The translations under genes were made by a program, and so were the position numbers. The notes beneath the pieces were generated by a model, which was given only the letters and a program-made list of their open reading frames with translations, made no database searches and had not been told where the DNA came from. DNA of 64,000 bases from Clostridia bacterium (GTDB lineage Bacteria; Bacillota; Clostridia; Oscillospirales; CAG-272), in contig JAFVYL010000040.1 in assembly GCA_017508665.1 (NCBI GenBank), positions 8,309 to 72,308 on the forward strand, given 5' to 3'. This document shows positions 33,928-44,372 of this stretch, one piece after another. The number at the start of each line of letters is the position of its first letter. Position 1 is the first letter of the stretch.

Positions 33928-35478
33928 GTGAAAATGATCCTTATAGACCCATCAAAGATACCGGAAATAGACAGATTTGCGTGTGATGAGTTAGGAATCT
34001 CGGTACGTGAGCTTATGCTCCGCGCAGGCGAGGCTGTGGCGCGTGCTGTCAGAGAAAACGTTCCTACGGGCAGTAAGGTGCGCATTTTCGCGGGTAAGGG
34101 GAATAACGGCGGTGACGGATATGCCGCGGCAACTCTGCTTAAGGGGTGCTACGACGTTATTGTATATGATGTTTTTGCCGCAGGGCAGAGAAGCGATGAG
34201 GGAAGGTATTTTCTTGAAAAATTCATATCGTCAGGCGGATGTGTAGTAAAGCTTTCCGACACTATGGCACTCCGGGATGACTTGCTTGAGAGCCACTGTG
34301 TGATCGATGCGATTTTCGGTACGGGATTCGTCGGTTCGTATCCTCGCATTACCGTCGAGCTGGCACAGATTTTCTCATCTCTTAAGGATGCTTTTAAGAT
34401 TGCCATAGACCTTCCTCTTGGCGTGAATGCCTCCGACGGCTCTCTCGATATAGGTGCATCTTATCCTGCTGACCTAACTGTAGCACTTGGGTTTGTCAAG
34501 CCCGGGTTGGTTTCTTATCCGGCTAAAGAAAATGTAGGAAAGCTTGTATATGACAATTTAGGTTTACAAAATGAGGCGGTTTTATCGCATTTTTCGGCGG
34601 ACGGCTACTATATAGACCGCGAGCTCGCCGCAGAACTTATACCGAAAAGACGTGATGATTCACACAAGGGTACGTACGGCAAGCTCTTGATGATAACGGG
34701 GTCTCCCGAGTTTCCAGGTGCAGCTCATCTTTCGCTTGAGGCAGCTCTTAGAGGAGGCGTCGGCTACGTTACGTATCTTGGTGAGCCCAAGCTTTGCGAC
34801 TCGCTTTTGCCTAAGCTTCCCGAAGCTATTTACAAGCCTTTTGCCTTCCGTTCCCAAGAGGAAAACCCGGCGGATATTGCCGTCGCTCTCTCGTCCTCGC
34901 ATACCGCTACACTTATCGGCTCAGGCTCGTCAAGATGCGATGCGGTGCGTATGGCGGTTGAAGCCATGCTTAAATCACCCGGTACGCCCGTTGTTCTTGA
35001 TGCCGATGCTATCAATGTACTCGCAGAAGCTCCGGAACGCGGCAGAGAGCTTATACGTCTTTCTTCGCGTAAGCTGATACTCACACCGCATCCGCTTGAG
35101 TTCTCCCGTATCTGTGGGGTTCCGATTGCCGAGATACAGCAAAACAGAATCGCACTCGCAAAGGCTTTTGCAAAGGAAAACAACTGTGTCCTTGTCCTTA
35201 AGGGTGCTGCGACGATAGTCACCGACGGAGAAGGGCTGTATATCAACTCGTCCGGTTCATCCGCTCTTGCCAAAGCGGGCAGCGGTGACGTCCTTGCGGG
35301 ATTTCTCGCATCGCTTGTTGCCTCGGGGCTTGACGGACTCCGCGCTTCGGCTCTGGCAGTCTATCTTCACGGCCTTGCCGCAGATACCTTATCGGAGCAA
35401 TATTCCGACTTCGGTGTGACTCCGTCAGATCTTCCAAAGGAGATAGCAAGGCAGCTTGCCATCTGCTTGAAAACCTAA
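33928..35478 (+). CDS. nnr: bifunctional NAD(P)H-hydrate repair enzyme Nnr (epimerase/dehydratase)
   Basis: YjeF-N domain (GKGNNGGDG) plus a C-terminal carbohydrate-kinase domain (HKGTYG...GSGDVLAG). Confidence 0.88.
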   Translation: MKMILIDPSKIPEIDRFACDELGISVRELMLRAGEAVARAVRENVPTGSKVRIFAGKGNNGGDGYAAATLLKGCYDVIVYDVFAAGQRSDEGRYFLEKFISSGGCVVKLSDTMALRDDLLESHCVIDAIFGTGFVGSYPRITVELAQIFSSLKDAFKIAIDLPLGVNASDGSLDIGASYPADLTVALGFVKPGLVSYPAKENVGKLVYDNLGLQNEAVLSHFSADGYYIDRELAAELIPKRRDDSHKGTYGKLLMITGSPEFPGAAHLSLEAALRGGVGYVTYLGEPKLCDSLLPKLPEAIYKPFAFRSQEENPADIAVALSSSHTATLIGSGSSRCDAVRMAVEAMLKSPGTPVVLDADAINVLAEAPERGRELIRLSSRKLILTPHPLEFSRICGVPIAEIQQNRIALAKAFAKENNCVLVLKGAATIVTDGEGLYINSSGSSALAKAGSGDVLAGFLASLVASGLDGLRASALAVYLHGLAADTLSEQYSDFGVTPSDLPKEIARQLAICLKT

Positions 35479-35494
35479 CCCGTGTCAATAAAAA

Positions 35495-35530
35495 AACCGT
35501 ATCGGTAGAAAATCCGATACGGTTTTCTTT
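35495..35530. terminator. bidirectional intrinsic terminator
   Basis: AACCGTATCGG-8 nt-CCGATACGGTT stem flanked by A- and T-runs. Confidence 0.8.
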
Positions 35531-36793
35531 TTAAATTCGGTACAAATACTCCGCCGCATTCGCGCGTGTCACTATATCCGTGCCGGTAAAATCGGCTATA
35601 TCACCGTCGAAGATTCCGAGCGTGAACATAGCCGCGACGCTAGCTCTCGCAGATACCGTCACCGATGCGTTGTCGAGGTAAATACCATCCTCCTCGCTTG
35701 TTACGATACCGAGAATACCCGTGATTATCTTGGCAGCTTCATTCTTTGTAATGCCTCGGTTGGGATCGAATATAAGTCCTGCCTCGGTCAGATCACCGTC
35801 TATTATACCCAGCCTTTGCGCTGTCGCGACGTATGAGATGAGAGCCGTCGGGATCTCGGTATTGTCATCGAAGAATGTCTTGGTCAATGACGTGTCTGCT
35901 CTCATACCCGTTGCCTTCATAGCCATGGCAACGAATTCCGCCTTGCTGACCGTATCGTCGGGCATAAAATATTTTCCGTCACCCAGAGTTCTGCCACTCA
36001 TTATACCGAGAGCGCTCATAGCTATCGCGGCATTGTACTCGCTTCTGTTTGTCATATCGGCATACACCTCGTTGCTCATTCTCTCGATCACGTGTATACC
36101 TACCTCGCGAGGTTCGGAGTAGTTGCCGTATTCGTCGCGCAGAACATAGGTGAACGAGTCATATCCCGTAAACTCGCCACTCGGTGTATATTTGTAGCGG
36201 CCTGTGTCGCGGTCGATTACCGTAAGCGAGCCGCGCTTGGGATATGCCGCGATTATATATTCAAGGCTGTCACCCTCGGGGTCTGTGCCTTCCATACGTC
36301 CGAAAACCGATATCTCCGCCTGAGTCGTGAGTGAGAGAGAGGCTTCCTTTTCCTCAGGTGCTTTCGGGGCATAATTCACTCTGTCGATGAATTTCATTTC
36401 ACACGTACCCGCACTTTCCATGCCTCCGCGCTTCAAAATGTAATTGAAAGCCGCCGCATCCACGTCTGCTGATGCGGGTACGAATACAAGTGCGGCAATA
36501 TTTCGCCTTTTTATCACCTGTGAGGTCTTTACACGTCTGCCCGCAAGCAGGAGAGTGCCTTCGTTGGACGATGGGAGTGAATCAATGGTTATGCTGTCAA
36601 AATCTGTTATCGCGTAAGCACTTTTGAAGTCGGTGTCCGCAAAGGTGAGCTTGTGACCGAGCAACCCGGTTTTGATGACCTTTACCTCACTTGCTACAAC
36701 CGAATATCCTGTACCGAAGCGTGCGCTTGCGGCAAATCCTATGATTGGGAGCAGCATAAATACAAGAATTAATATGACAATCGCTTTTTTCAT
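35531..36793 (-). CDS. secreted protein with an Ig/cadherin-like domain and three C-terminal SLH-like repeats
   Basis: Signal peptide. DPEGDSLEYII...GYDSFTYVLRD is a cadherin-like segment. There are three about 60-aa repeats with an SLH-like pattern (AAIAMSALGIMSG..., YVATAQRLGIIDG..., AAMFTLGIFDG...). Confidence 0.55.
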   Translation of the reverse strand: MKKAIVILILVFMLLPIIGFAASARFGTGYSVVASEVKVIKTGLLGHKLTFADTDFKSAYAITDFDSITIDSLPSSNEGTLLLAGRRVKTSQVIKRRNIAALVFVPASADVDAAAFNYILKRGGMESAGTCEMKFIDRVNYAPKAPEEKEASLSLTTQAEISVFGRMEGTDPEGDSLEYIIAAYPKRGSLTVIDRDTGRYKYTPSGEFTGYDSFTYVLRDEYGNYSEPREVGIHVIERMSNEVYADMTNRSEYNAAIAMSALGIMSGRTLGDGKYFMPDDTVSKAEFVAMAMKATGMRADTSLTKTFFDDNTEIPTALISYVATAQRLGIIDGDLTEAGLIFDPNRGITKNEAAKIITGILGIVTSEEDGIYLDNASVTVSARASVAAMFTLGIFDGDIADFTGTDIVTRANAAEYLYRI

Positions 36794-36949
36794 TTTTGTC
36801 TGACCTTTCGGTCTTCCTCCTTTTTGTAGTTATGGAATTATTTTACCCCAAGAGGCAGATGATATACGGCAATTCGACGGAAAAACGGAAAAATATTGGC
36901 CTTTTTGCCGAAAATATTTTAAAAAAGTTTTAAAACGCGCGCATTTAGA

Positions 36950-36978
36950 TTGACAATACGGTGCGTGTAGTGTATAAT
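36950..36978 (+). promoter_or_regulatory. consensus sigma-A promoter of the LRR-protein operon
   Basis: TTGACA, 17 nt, then TATAAT. Confidence 0.6.
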
Positions 36979-37014
36979 AAATCGGTTAAAGAATTTTTTT
37001 TACGGGTATTTATT

Positions 37015-39867
37015 ATGAAGTTGACAAAAAAACAGCTTATTATTACAATAACCGCTGCCGTCCTTGTCTTAGCCGTCCTCACAGTCGCATTGGTATTTAT
37101 CCTCCGGGATAAAGGCGGGGAAAGACAGGTCTTTTACTACGAGGATTTCTCCTACGTTATAAGAGATGACGGTAAGCTTGAGATAATTGGATATTCCGGT
37201 ACCGACAAAGACGTTACCGTTCCAACCTCAATAAACAGTAGATCTGTTTATTCCATAGGAGAAGGGGCATTTCGCGGCAATACTGCCATCTCAACCCTTA
37301 CTCTCGGCGCTATGGTGCGCGAGATCGGGCGCAGCGCCTTTGAGTCCTGCTCCTCTCTTGAGAAGATAACTTGGGGCTCTCTCGTCACCTCGATAGGCCC
37401 TGCCGCATTCCGTGAGTGCCTGACGCTTTCGGCAATCGAGCTGCCCGAGAGCATCACGTCGATAGGCGAGTATGCGTTCTACGGCTGCAGTGCGGTTGAA
37501 AAACTCTCTCTTCCTTCGGCAATCAGGACAATTCCCGATTATGCCTTCTGCGGTTGCTCCAAGCTCGAGTCGTTCGATGCGAGCAATATTGACACCGTTG
37601 GCGCATACGCGTTCAAGAACTGCGCCGCGCTCAAGCTGACCGGTACGGAAAATATAAAGAGCTTCGGTAAATTTGCCTTTGAAAACTGCAAGGCAATCAC
37701 CTCTTTCTCCATAGGAGCGGCAGCTGAAAATATAGGCATCTGTTTTCTCAAGGGTGCATCTAACGTTGCTTCGGTTACTGTAGCCGATGGCAATACCCGT
37801 TATTCCGCATCTACAGGCGCGCTTTACGACCTTGCGGAAAAGAGACTTATGTATTATCCTCCCAAATCCTTGAATAGCTCCTATACATTACCTGCTGATG
37901 CCAAGGTTATCGAGAGCTATGCCTTTGAGGCATGCGGCAATCTTGATATGGTTGTCCTCCCGAGCGGATTGACAAGCATTAACGACTATGCTTTTTCGAA
38001 CTCCTTAGGTCTTGGACGTATCGTTTCGAATACCGCATCCGTGTCAAACTGCGACATTCCCGCATCGGTCACTCATATAGGCGGCAACGCATTTGCGGGT
38101 ACACACTTTAAAAAGTATCTTCCTGCCGGCTTTACCGTAGTAGGTGATAGCATACTTATAAACTATACTCCCGAGAATGATACGGCAGGTAAGTCGGTCG
38201 TTGTTCCTGACGGAGTTAAGAAGATTTCCTCCGCGTTTACCGGCTCGGATAACGTAATAGAGGTTACACTTCCCGCATCTGTTACCGAGCTTTCTTCACA
38301 TACTTTCGCAGGCGCGAGCGGACTTGTCAGAGTAGATATGTCCCGTACGTCTGTAAATCATCTGCCGGATGCTCTCTTTGAGAACACTATGCGACTCACC
38401 GAGGTCATCCTTCCCGATTGCGTACGCACCTCGGGCGCACTCGTTTTCTCGGGCACGCCCGAGCTCAAGTCTATATCCTTGCCGTCCTCCCTTGAGGAAA
38501 TAGGACACAGTATGTTTATGGACAGCGGTCTTACCGCTATTTCGATCCCGAAGAGCGTTAAAGTAATAAGCGCATACGCATTTGCGCGCACAAAGTCGCT
38601 CACCGAGATAAAGATCCCATCAAGCGTTGAGAGCCTTGGCGCTTATGCCTTCGCAGAGTCGGGCCTTGTCGAAATAAAGATACCCAATATTCAGGTCGGT
38701 GATTATCTTCTCTTTAATTGCCAATCCTTGACTAAGGCTAAGTCGAAAATAAAGGGAGAGCTGCCACGCGGTACGTTCATGGGCTGTACGGCACTCACCA
38801 AGGTCAAGCTTCACAGAAAAACTACCTCTATAGGTGATGAGGCGTTTTCCAACTGTACCGCTCTTGAGAAGATAAGAATACCGAGGAGGGTTACCTCGAT
38901 CGGTGACTATGCGTTTGAGAGCTGTACTGCTCTTAAGCGGGTGAAAAGATTTGGCAATCGTTTGCTTGAGATAGGTAATAATGCCTTCTATCTTGACACA
39001 AATCTTAAAAGATTCAGATTTAACAGAAATCTCACGGTAGTCGGTGATGCGGCATTTTACGGATGCGCAAGTCTGAAAAATCCTAATCTTCGACGTGTAG
39101 AAGAGATAGGCGACGGAACATTTGCGGAATGCAAGAACATTACTAAGGTCAAGCTAAAGAATTTAAAATACAACATACCCGCAGGCGCGTTCCGCGGGTG
39201 CACAAGCCTTAAAAAAATCAAGCTCAGCCCGACGGTTGCCGAGATAGGCAATTCGGCATTTGTGAGCTGTATGTCTCTTAAGAAAATTAAGCTTCCGGAC
39301 TCACTTGCTTATATAGGACGTAATGCGTTTGCCGGTTGTGACGGGCTTGAGGAGATAAAGTTTAACGGTCAGCTCAAGAAAATAGATGACTACGCGTTCT
39401 ACCTTTGCGTGTCTCTTGTGAGGGCAGAGCTTCCGGACACGTTAGAGAGCATTGGATCATTCGCCTTCCACGAGTGTGTCAGCCTTGGCAGAGTCGTTAT
39501 GGGAAGCGGTGTCCGCAGCGTTGGCAGCTACGCGTTTGGCAATTGCACAGTGCTTGCCTCTGTAGAGCTTTCTCCCCGTATTACCTCAATAGCCGAGGGC
39601 ACGTTTGCAAATTGCGAAAGCCTCGCTGCTATAAGTATACCGAGCGGAGTAACCGTAATTGAAAAGGGCGCTTTTTCCGCTTGCACGTCGCTTAAGACTC
39701 TGGAGCTTCCGCTCACTCTTCAGACCGTGTATGAGAATGCCTTTGAGGGATGTGGCGCTCTAATTAATCTCGTTTACGGTGCTGATATATCAAATATCTT
39801 TATCGGTGAGGGTAACGATGCGCTCTTGCGCGCAGATGCAAACACTCCCCGTAAGGAGGCGGAATGA
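37015..39867 (+). CDS. BspA-type leucine-rich-repeat surface protein
   Basis: N-terminal TM or signal anchor, then more than 30 units of the LRR_5 pattern (I..IG..AF..C..L..I.LP..V..I). The start is set at MKLTKKQ (37015). Confidence 0.8.
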   Translation: MKLTKKQLIITITAAVLVLAVLTVALVFILRDKGGERQVFYYEDFSYVIRDDGKLEIIGYSGTDKDVTVPTSINSRSVYSIGEGAFRGNTAISTLTLGAMVREIGRSAFESCSSLEKITWGSLVTSIGPAAFRECLTLSAIELPESITSIGEYAFYGCSAVEKLSLPSAIRTIPDYAFCGCSKLESFDASNIDTVGAYAFKNCAALKLTGTENIKSFGKFAFENCKAITSFSIGAAAENIGICFLKGASNVASVTVADGNTRYSASTGALYDLAEKRLMYYPPKSLNSSYTLPADAKVIESYAFEACGNLDMVVLPSGLTSINDYAFSNSLGLGRIVSNTASVSNCDIPASVTHIGGNAFAGTHFKKYLPAGFTVVGDSILINYTPENDTAGKSVVVPDGVKKISSAFTGSDNVIEVTLPASVTELSSHTFAGASGLVRVDMSRTSVNHLPDALFENTMRLTEVILPDCVRTSGALVFSGTPELKSISLPSSLEEIGHSMFMDSGLTAISIPKSVKVISAYAFARTKSLTEIKIPSSVESLGAYAFAESGLVEIKIPNIQVGDYLLFNCQSLTKAKSKIKGELPRGTFMGCTALTKVKLHRKTTSIGDEAFSNCTALEKIRIPRRVTSIGDYAFESCTALKRVKRFGNRLLEIGNNAFYLDTNLKRFRFNRNLTVVGDAAFYGCASLKNPNLRRVEEIGDGTFAECKNITKVKLKNLKYNIPAGAFRGCTSLKKIKLSPTVAEIGNSAFVSCMSLKKIKLPDSLAYIGRNAFAGCDGLEEIKFNGQLKKIDDYAFYLCVSLVRAELPDTLESIGSFAFHECVSLGRVVMGSGVRSVGSYAFGNCTVLASVELSPRITSIAEGTFANCESLAAISIPSGVTVIEKGAFSACTSLKTLELPLTLQTVYENAFEGCGALINLVYGADISNIFIGEGNDALLRADANTPRKEAE

Positions 39868-40565
39868 TTACCGTTAAAATTGCGGGTATCCCTATAGGGA
39901 TAGATAACCGATTTGAATATGTAAAAAGTATATCAGCCGACTATCTTACCGATGACTCTCCCGAGTTTACGGTCGCGGCTACGGATTCGGATCTGGATCG
40001 CGAGAGGGAGATAGCGGGTGAGGACTTCTCGAGAGGATACCTTGAGAGTACCGTAGCTTTTCGCAAGATTGCGGAGAAGCTTCCCGAGTATGACGCGGTC
40101 GTATTTCACGGTGCTGTAATAGCAAAGGGCGGATTGGCTTATGCCTTCACCGCTAAGAGCGGAGTCGGAAAGACTACACATACACGTCTTTGGATCTCCG
40201 AGTTCGGCAGAGATGTTCACTATATCAACGGTGACAAGCCGGTGATAAGAATAATTGACGGTGTGCCGCACGTATTCGGTACTCCGTGGCGAGGTAAAGA
40301 GGGCTACGGCACTAATGAGTCCGCGCCCCTTGCCGCTATAGCTCTGCTCGAGAGAGGGGAGCGAAATACCGCTGAGGTGATCGACCCAAGGGACGGTACT
40401 GTCAGACTTGTAAAGCAGATCTATATTCCCAATTCCCCTGTTTCCGCCGCGCTCACGATGCGTGTGGCAGATCGCATTATTTCATCGGTTCGATTCGTAG
40501 AGCTGAAATGTAATACAGACAGCGAGGCCGCTTGGGTAGCCGCTCGGGCGATGCTCGTTGAATAA
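39864..40565 (+). CDS. P-loop protein, HPr-kinase-C-terminal-like, unknown function
   Basis: Walker A-like AKSGVGKTTH in the context HGAVIAKGGLAYAFTAKSGVGKTT. ATGA start/stop overlap with the LRR gene. Confidence 0.4.
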   Translation: MITVKIAGIPIGIDNRFEYVKSISADYLTDDSPEFTVAATDSDLDREREIAGEDFSRGYLESTVAFRKIAEKLPEYDAVVFHGAVIAKGGLAYAFTAKSGVGKTTHTRLWISEFGRDVHYINGDKPVIRIIDGVPHVFGTPWRGKEGYGTNESAPLAAIALLERGERNTAEVIDPRDGTVRLVKQIYIPNSPVSAALTMRVADRIISSVRFVELKCNTDSEAAWVAARAMLVE

Positions 40566-40585
40566 ATAAAATGAACGGAGTTTTT

Positions 40586-41998
40586 ATGAAAAACAGATAT
40601 GACGTTATAATTGTAGGCGCAGGCCCTGCAGGTATTTTTACCGCTATCGAAATGCTCAGATGCGGCACAAAGCAGTCAATACTTATCATAGAGAAGGGTA
40701 AAGCGATAGAAAAGCGTACCTGTCCCAAGCACAAGCTCGGTAAGTGCGTTAACTGCAAGCCCTGTAACATAACCACCGGATTCTCGGGTGCGGGCGCGTT
40801 CTCAGACGGAAAGCTCTCGCTCTGTGAGGAGGTTGGCGGCGATCTCCCCAGCCTCATCGGCGCAGAGTATGCTAAGTCTATGATCGACTATACCGACGGA
40901 ATCTATCTCGAATTCGGTGCAGATCCGCACGTCGAGGGACTTGATTGCGATGATGAGAAGAAAGAAATACGCCGTAATGCGATTTCTGCCGGACTCAAGC
41001 TCGTTGACTGTCCTATCAGACATCTCGGCACGGAAAAGGCGCAGGAAATTTATTACGCCATAGAGCAGCACTTGCTCGACAACGGTGTTGAGATTGAGTT
41101 CAACAGAGAATGCCTTGATCTTGTTATCGACGAGAACGAGACGTGCAAGGGCGTTATCGTTAAGAACGGTAATGATGAGTTGACTCTTGAGGCAGATACA
41201 GTTGTTATCGCTACCGGCAGACGCGGAGCTGATTGGCTTGAGAAGCGTTGCGCAGAGCATAATATAGCTCATCAGCCCGGTACGGTCGATATCGGTGTCA
41301 GAGTTGAGGTTAGAAACGAGGTTATGGAGAAGGTAAACAATGTTCTCTATGAGTCCAAGCTCATCGGGCATCCCACACCCTTTAAAAACAAGGTTCGTAC
41401 CTTCTGCCAGAATCCCGGCGGATTTGTAAGCCAGGAAAACTACGACAACGATCTCGCCGTAGTAAACGGACATTCCTACAAGGATATGAAGAGCAACAAC
41501 ACCAACCTCGCTATTCTTGTATCTCATAATTTCTCCGAGCCCTTCAATCAGCCTATTGAGTATGCAAGAAAGGTCGGTGAGCTCACCAATATGCTCGGTG
41601 CGGGACATATTCTCGTTCAGCGCTTCGGTGACATTCTCGACGGCAAGCGCACTTGGCAGAAGGAGCTCTCCGAGTCTAACGTAAGACCTACGCTCCCTGA
41701 TGCCGTGGCAGGTGACATTACCGCTGCTATGCCTTATCGCGCTATGATGAATATCATCAACTTCATTATAGCTGTTGACAAGGTAGTGCCCGGATTTGCA
41801 TCATACGAGACTCTTCTTTACTCCCCTGAGCTTAAGTTCTATTCCAACAGAGTTAAGATGGACGAGAACCTCACAACCAGCGTCAAGGGACTCCACTGTC
41901 TCGGCGACTCATCCGGATGGACACGCGGTCTGATGATGGCATCTGTGATGGGCGTTATTATGGGTAGAAAGATTGTAGAAAAGGAAAAAGCGCAGTAA
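40586..41998 (+). CDS. FAD-dependent dehydrogenase (COG2509-like)
   Basis: YDVIIVGAGPAGIFTA dinucleotide fold and a Cys cluster CPKHKLGKCVNCKPC. The ATG at 40586 follows a GGAG RBS. Confidence 0.65.
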   Translation: MKNRYDVIIVGAGPAGIFTAIEMLRCGTKQSILIIEKGKAIEKRTCPKHKLGKCVNCKPCNITTGFSGAGAFSDGKLSLCEEVGGDLPSLIGAEYAKSMIDYTDGIYLEFGADPHVEGLDCDDEKKEIRRNAISAGLKLVDCPIRHLGTEKAQEIYYAIEQHLLDNGVEIEFNRECLDLVIDENETCKGVIVKNGNDELTLEADTVVIATGRRGADWLEKRCAEHNIAHQPGTVDIGVRVEVRNEVMEKVNNVLYESKLIGHPTPFKNKVRTFCQNPGGFVSQENYDNDLAVVNGHSYKDMKSNNTNLAILVSHNFSEPFNQPIEYARKVGELTNMLGAGHILVQRFGDILDGKRTWQKELSESNVRPTLPDAVAGDITAAMPYRAMMNIINFIIAVDKVVPGFASYETLLYSPELKFYSNRVKMDENLTTSVKGLHCLGDSSGWTRGLMMASVMGVIMGRKIVEKEKAQ

Positions 41999-42099
41999 AT
42001 GTAAATATTTATTGCTGAAAAGTGATGAATAAACTGACTTTTTCATAAAAAACAAATTTCAGCAAATACTATCTAAAACAGAGAAAAGTGTGAAAATAA

Positions 42100-43488
42100 A
42101 TGTTTTCTAAAGCAAAAAAGAGAACTACCGACGTAGATATGACAGAGGGTAGTATAGCAAAGCATATTATAAGCTTTTCTATCCCTCTTCTCGTAGGTAA
42201 TCTCTTTCAGATGATGTATAATATGGTCGACACGTGGGTCGTCGGCCAGTTTGTAAGCGATGCCGCATTCTCCGCAGTTGGTACTCTCGGCTCGGTCACC
42301 AATCTGATGATTGGGTTCTTTATGGGACTTGCAAGCGGAGCAGGAGTCGTTATATCCCGTTTCTTCGGTGCAAAGCGGTATGACAGGGTCAAGGATACCG
42401 TCAACACGTCGGTAATTCTGACAGCGGTGCTGTGTATTCTCTTTACCGTACTCGGACTTGGACTCATACCTGCGTTTATGAAGATGCTGGCGATGCCGGA
42501 CGAGGTTATGACCGAGGCAGTGACCTATCTTTCGATATGGTTCTCGGGTATATCGGGACTTATGATATATAATATGGGCTCGGCTATAATGCGAGCAGTC
42601 GGTGATTCGCGCCGTCCCTTTATATATCTCGTTGTTGCCGCAGTGACAAATACGGTGCTCGACCTCCTCTTTGTAATAGTGTTCAAGTGGGGTGTTGCCG
42701 GCGTAGCTATCGCTACCGTAATATCTCAGGGTGTATCCTCGCTTCTGACGGTAATCTCACTTTGCCGGAATGACTCCTGCGTTAAAATTTCCTTCAAGGG
42801 TATGAAGTTCCATAATCCAATAATGAAGGAGATCTTCGTTATAGGATTTCCGGCTGCTCTGCAGATGACTATTACTGCATTCTCAAATATATTCGTACAG
42901 AGCTATATCAATTTCTTCGGTATGGAGGTTATGGGAGGTTGGACGGCATACAACAAGGTTGGTCAGCTGGTGCTTCTGCCGATGCAGTCCGTCTCGCTTG
43001 CCTCTACCACGTTTGTCGGACAGAATATAGGACAAAATCAGGTGAAGAGGGCAGAGAAAGGCGCAAACGTCTCTCTTCTGATTACTCTTATATCGACGGC
43101 AATCCTCGTTGCTCCGATTATGATCTTCGCCAGAGCTTTTGTATCTATTTTCAATTCAAACACCGCAATCATAGATTACGGCTCTATATTCATCCGCATG
43201 ATGATTCCGTTCTACCTTGTATGGTGTGTGAACCAGGTGTACTCGGGTGCTCTGCGCGGAGTGGGTAAGAGTATCGGCCCTATGATTATAATGCTCGTCT
43301 CCTTCGTGGCATTCCGTCAGGCATACCTTTTCGTAGTTGCGAGATTTATCTCCAACACCATTCTGCCGATAGCCATGGGCTTCCCTGCAGGCTGGGTTCT
43401 CTCGGCTATAATTACCTTGATCTACTATAAAATTACGGGTCTAAAGCCTAAGGAGAAAAAAGAGAGCTTTGTAGATCAAGTGGCATAA
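42100..43488 (+). CDS. MATE-family efflux transporter
   Basis: 462 aa with 12 predicted TM segments and the N-terminal PLLVGNLFQMMYNMVDTWVVG signature. Confidence 0.85.
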   Translation: MFSKAKKRTTDVDMTEGSIAKHIISFSIPLLVGNLFQMMYNMVDTWVVGQFVSDAAFSAVGTLGSVTNLMIGFFMGLASGAGVVISRFFGAKRYDRVKDTVNTSVILTAVLCILFTVLGLGLIPAFMKMLAMPDEVMTEAVTYLSIWFSGISGLMIYNMGSAIMRAVGDSRRPFIYLVVAAVTNTVLDLLFVIVFKWGVAGVAIATVISQGVSSLLTVISLCRNDSCVKISFKGMKFHNPIMKEIFVIGFPAALQMTITAFSNIFVQSYINFFGMEVMGGWTAYNKVGQLVLLPMQSVSLASTTFVGQNIGQNQVKRAEKGANVSLLITLISTAILVAPIMIFARAFVSIFNSNTAIIDYGSIFIRMMIPFYLVWCVNQVYSGALRGVGKSIGPMIIMLVSFVAFRQAYLFVVARFISNTILPIAMGFPAGWVLSAIITLIYYKITGLKPKEKKESFVDQVA

Positions 43489-43520
43489 TAACCATATAAT
43501 GTAAACAATAGATAACAAAA

Positions 43521-43556
43521 AACCGCTATGCACTCAAAATGCATAGCGGTTTTCAT
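43521..43556 (+). terminator. intrinsic terminator
   Basis: AACCGCTATGCA-7 nt-TGCATAGCGGTT stem followed by a T-rich tract. Confidence 0.75.
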
Positions 43557-43776
43557 ATTTATCTTGGAAAATATCATATCCCAAGCCGACGGATTTCGCT
43601 AAAGCGAATATACCTGCACTCGCCTTAAGAAAGCGAGCTTTCTACGGCTTCGTTTGGTATGTGCACCCGTATCCGCGCACACGGCTGTGTGCTAACAATG
43701 CGGTCTTGATAACTTTAGCTATGATAGAAAGCAGAGTGCAAAGCGCGGGCGGGTTCAACCGCGGCTCACAAAATAA

Positions 43777-43802
43777 TATAGGCACCCGAGTGGGTGCCTA
43801 TA
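43777..43802 (-). terminator. ssrA terminator
   Basis: TATAGGCACCC-gagt-GGGTGCCTATA stem immediately 3' of the tmRNA CCA end, with a T-rich tract on the minus strand. Confidence 0.7.
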
Positions 43803-43809
43803 TTATTTT

Positions 43810-44175
43810 TGGTGGAGCCGACGGGAATTGAACCCGTGTCCAAAGACCAATCCATACAACTTTCTCCGTAGACAGTCAATCTATTAAGCTTCCCACATCG
43901 GAGCGCCGAGTGACAGGCTCACCTCAGGGTAGCGCATTAATGCGTGACCGATACATGCGCGACTCTCGGTTCACGTGCACTACTCATTTGACGCACGGCT
44001 TGGGCCGTAGTCCTCCCAAGCGGTACGGGCGGCATTATTGCCGCATCAGCAGCTTACGCTGCCATAGCAACTTTATTGTTGTCGTTTATTATTTAAGTTT
44101 GGACATTTTGACGCGATTATCCGGCGCGCTACGCTTATCATACTTCACGACCCCTGTCGAAACCATTGCGGCCCC
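43810..44175 (-). ncRNA. ssrA: transfer-messenger RNA (tmRNA)
   Basis: On the minus strand it reads GGGGCCGCAATGGTTTCGACAGGGG...GGGTTCAATTCCCGTCGGCTCCACCA. The internal tag reading frame ends ...AAC AAT AAA GTT GCT ATG GCA GCG TAA (..NNKVAMAA-stop). Confidence 0.93.
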
Positions 44176-44343
44176 GTAAAGGACGGGCAGAGCACGTGCC
44201 CGTGTAAGTTATTTTACACTTTTTCACCGTGTTTGTCAATAGTGAAATGTGCCCAAATATCAAATGTTTCGCGTACTATATAATAATAAGGTAGAAAATC
44301 TGTAAAAAAATGTTGGAAAATAGTTCTTTTTTCTCCAAGACTA

Positions 44344-44372
44344 TTGCACACGCCCCCGATTTGTGCTACAAT
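44344..44372 (+). promoter_or_regulatory. sigma-A-type promoter
   Basis: TTGCAC, 17 nt, then TGcTACAAT (extended -10). Confidence 0.5.
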
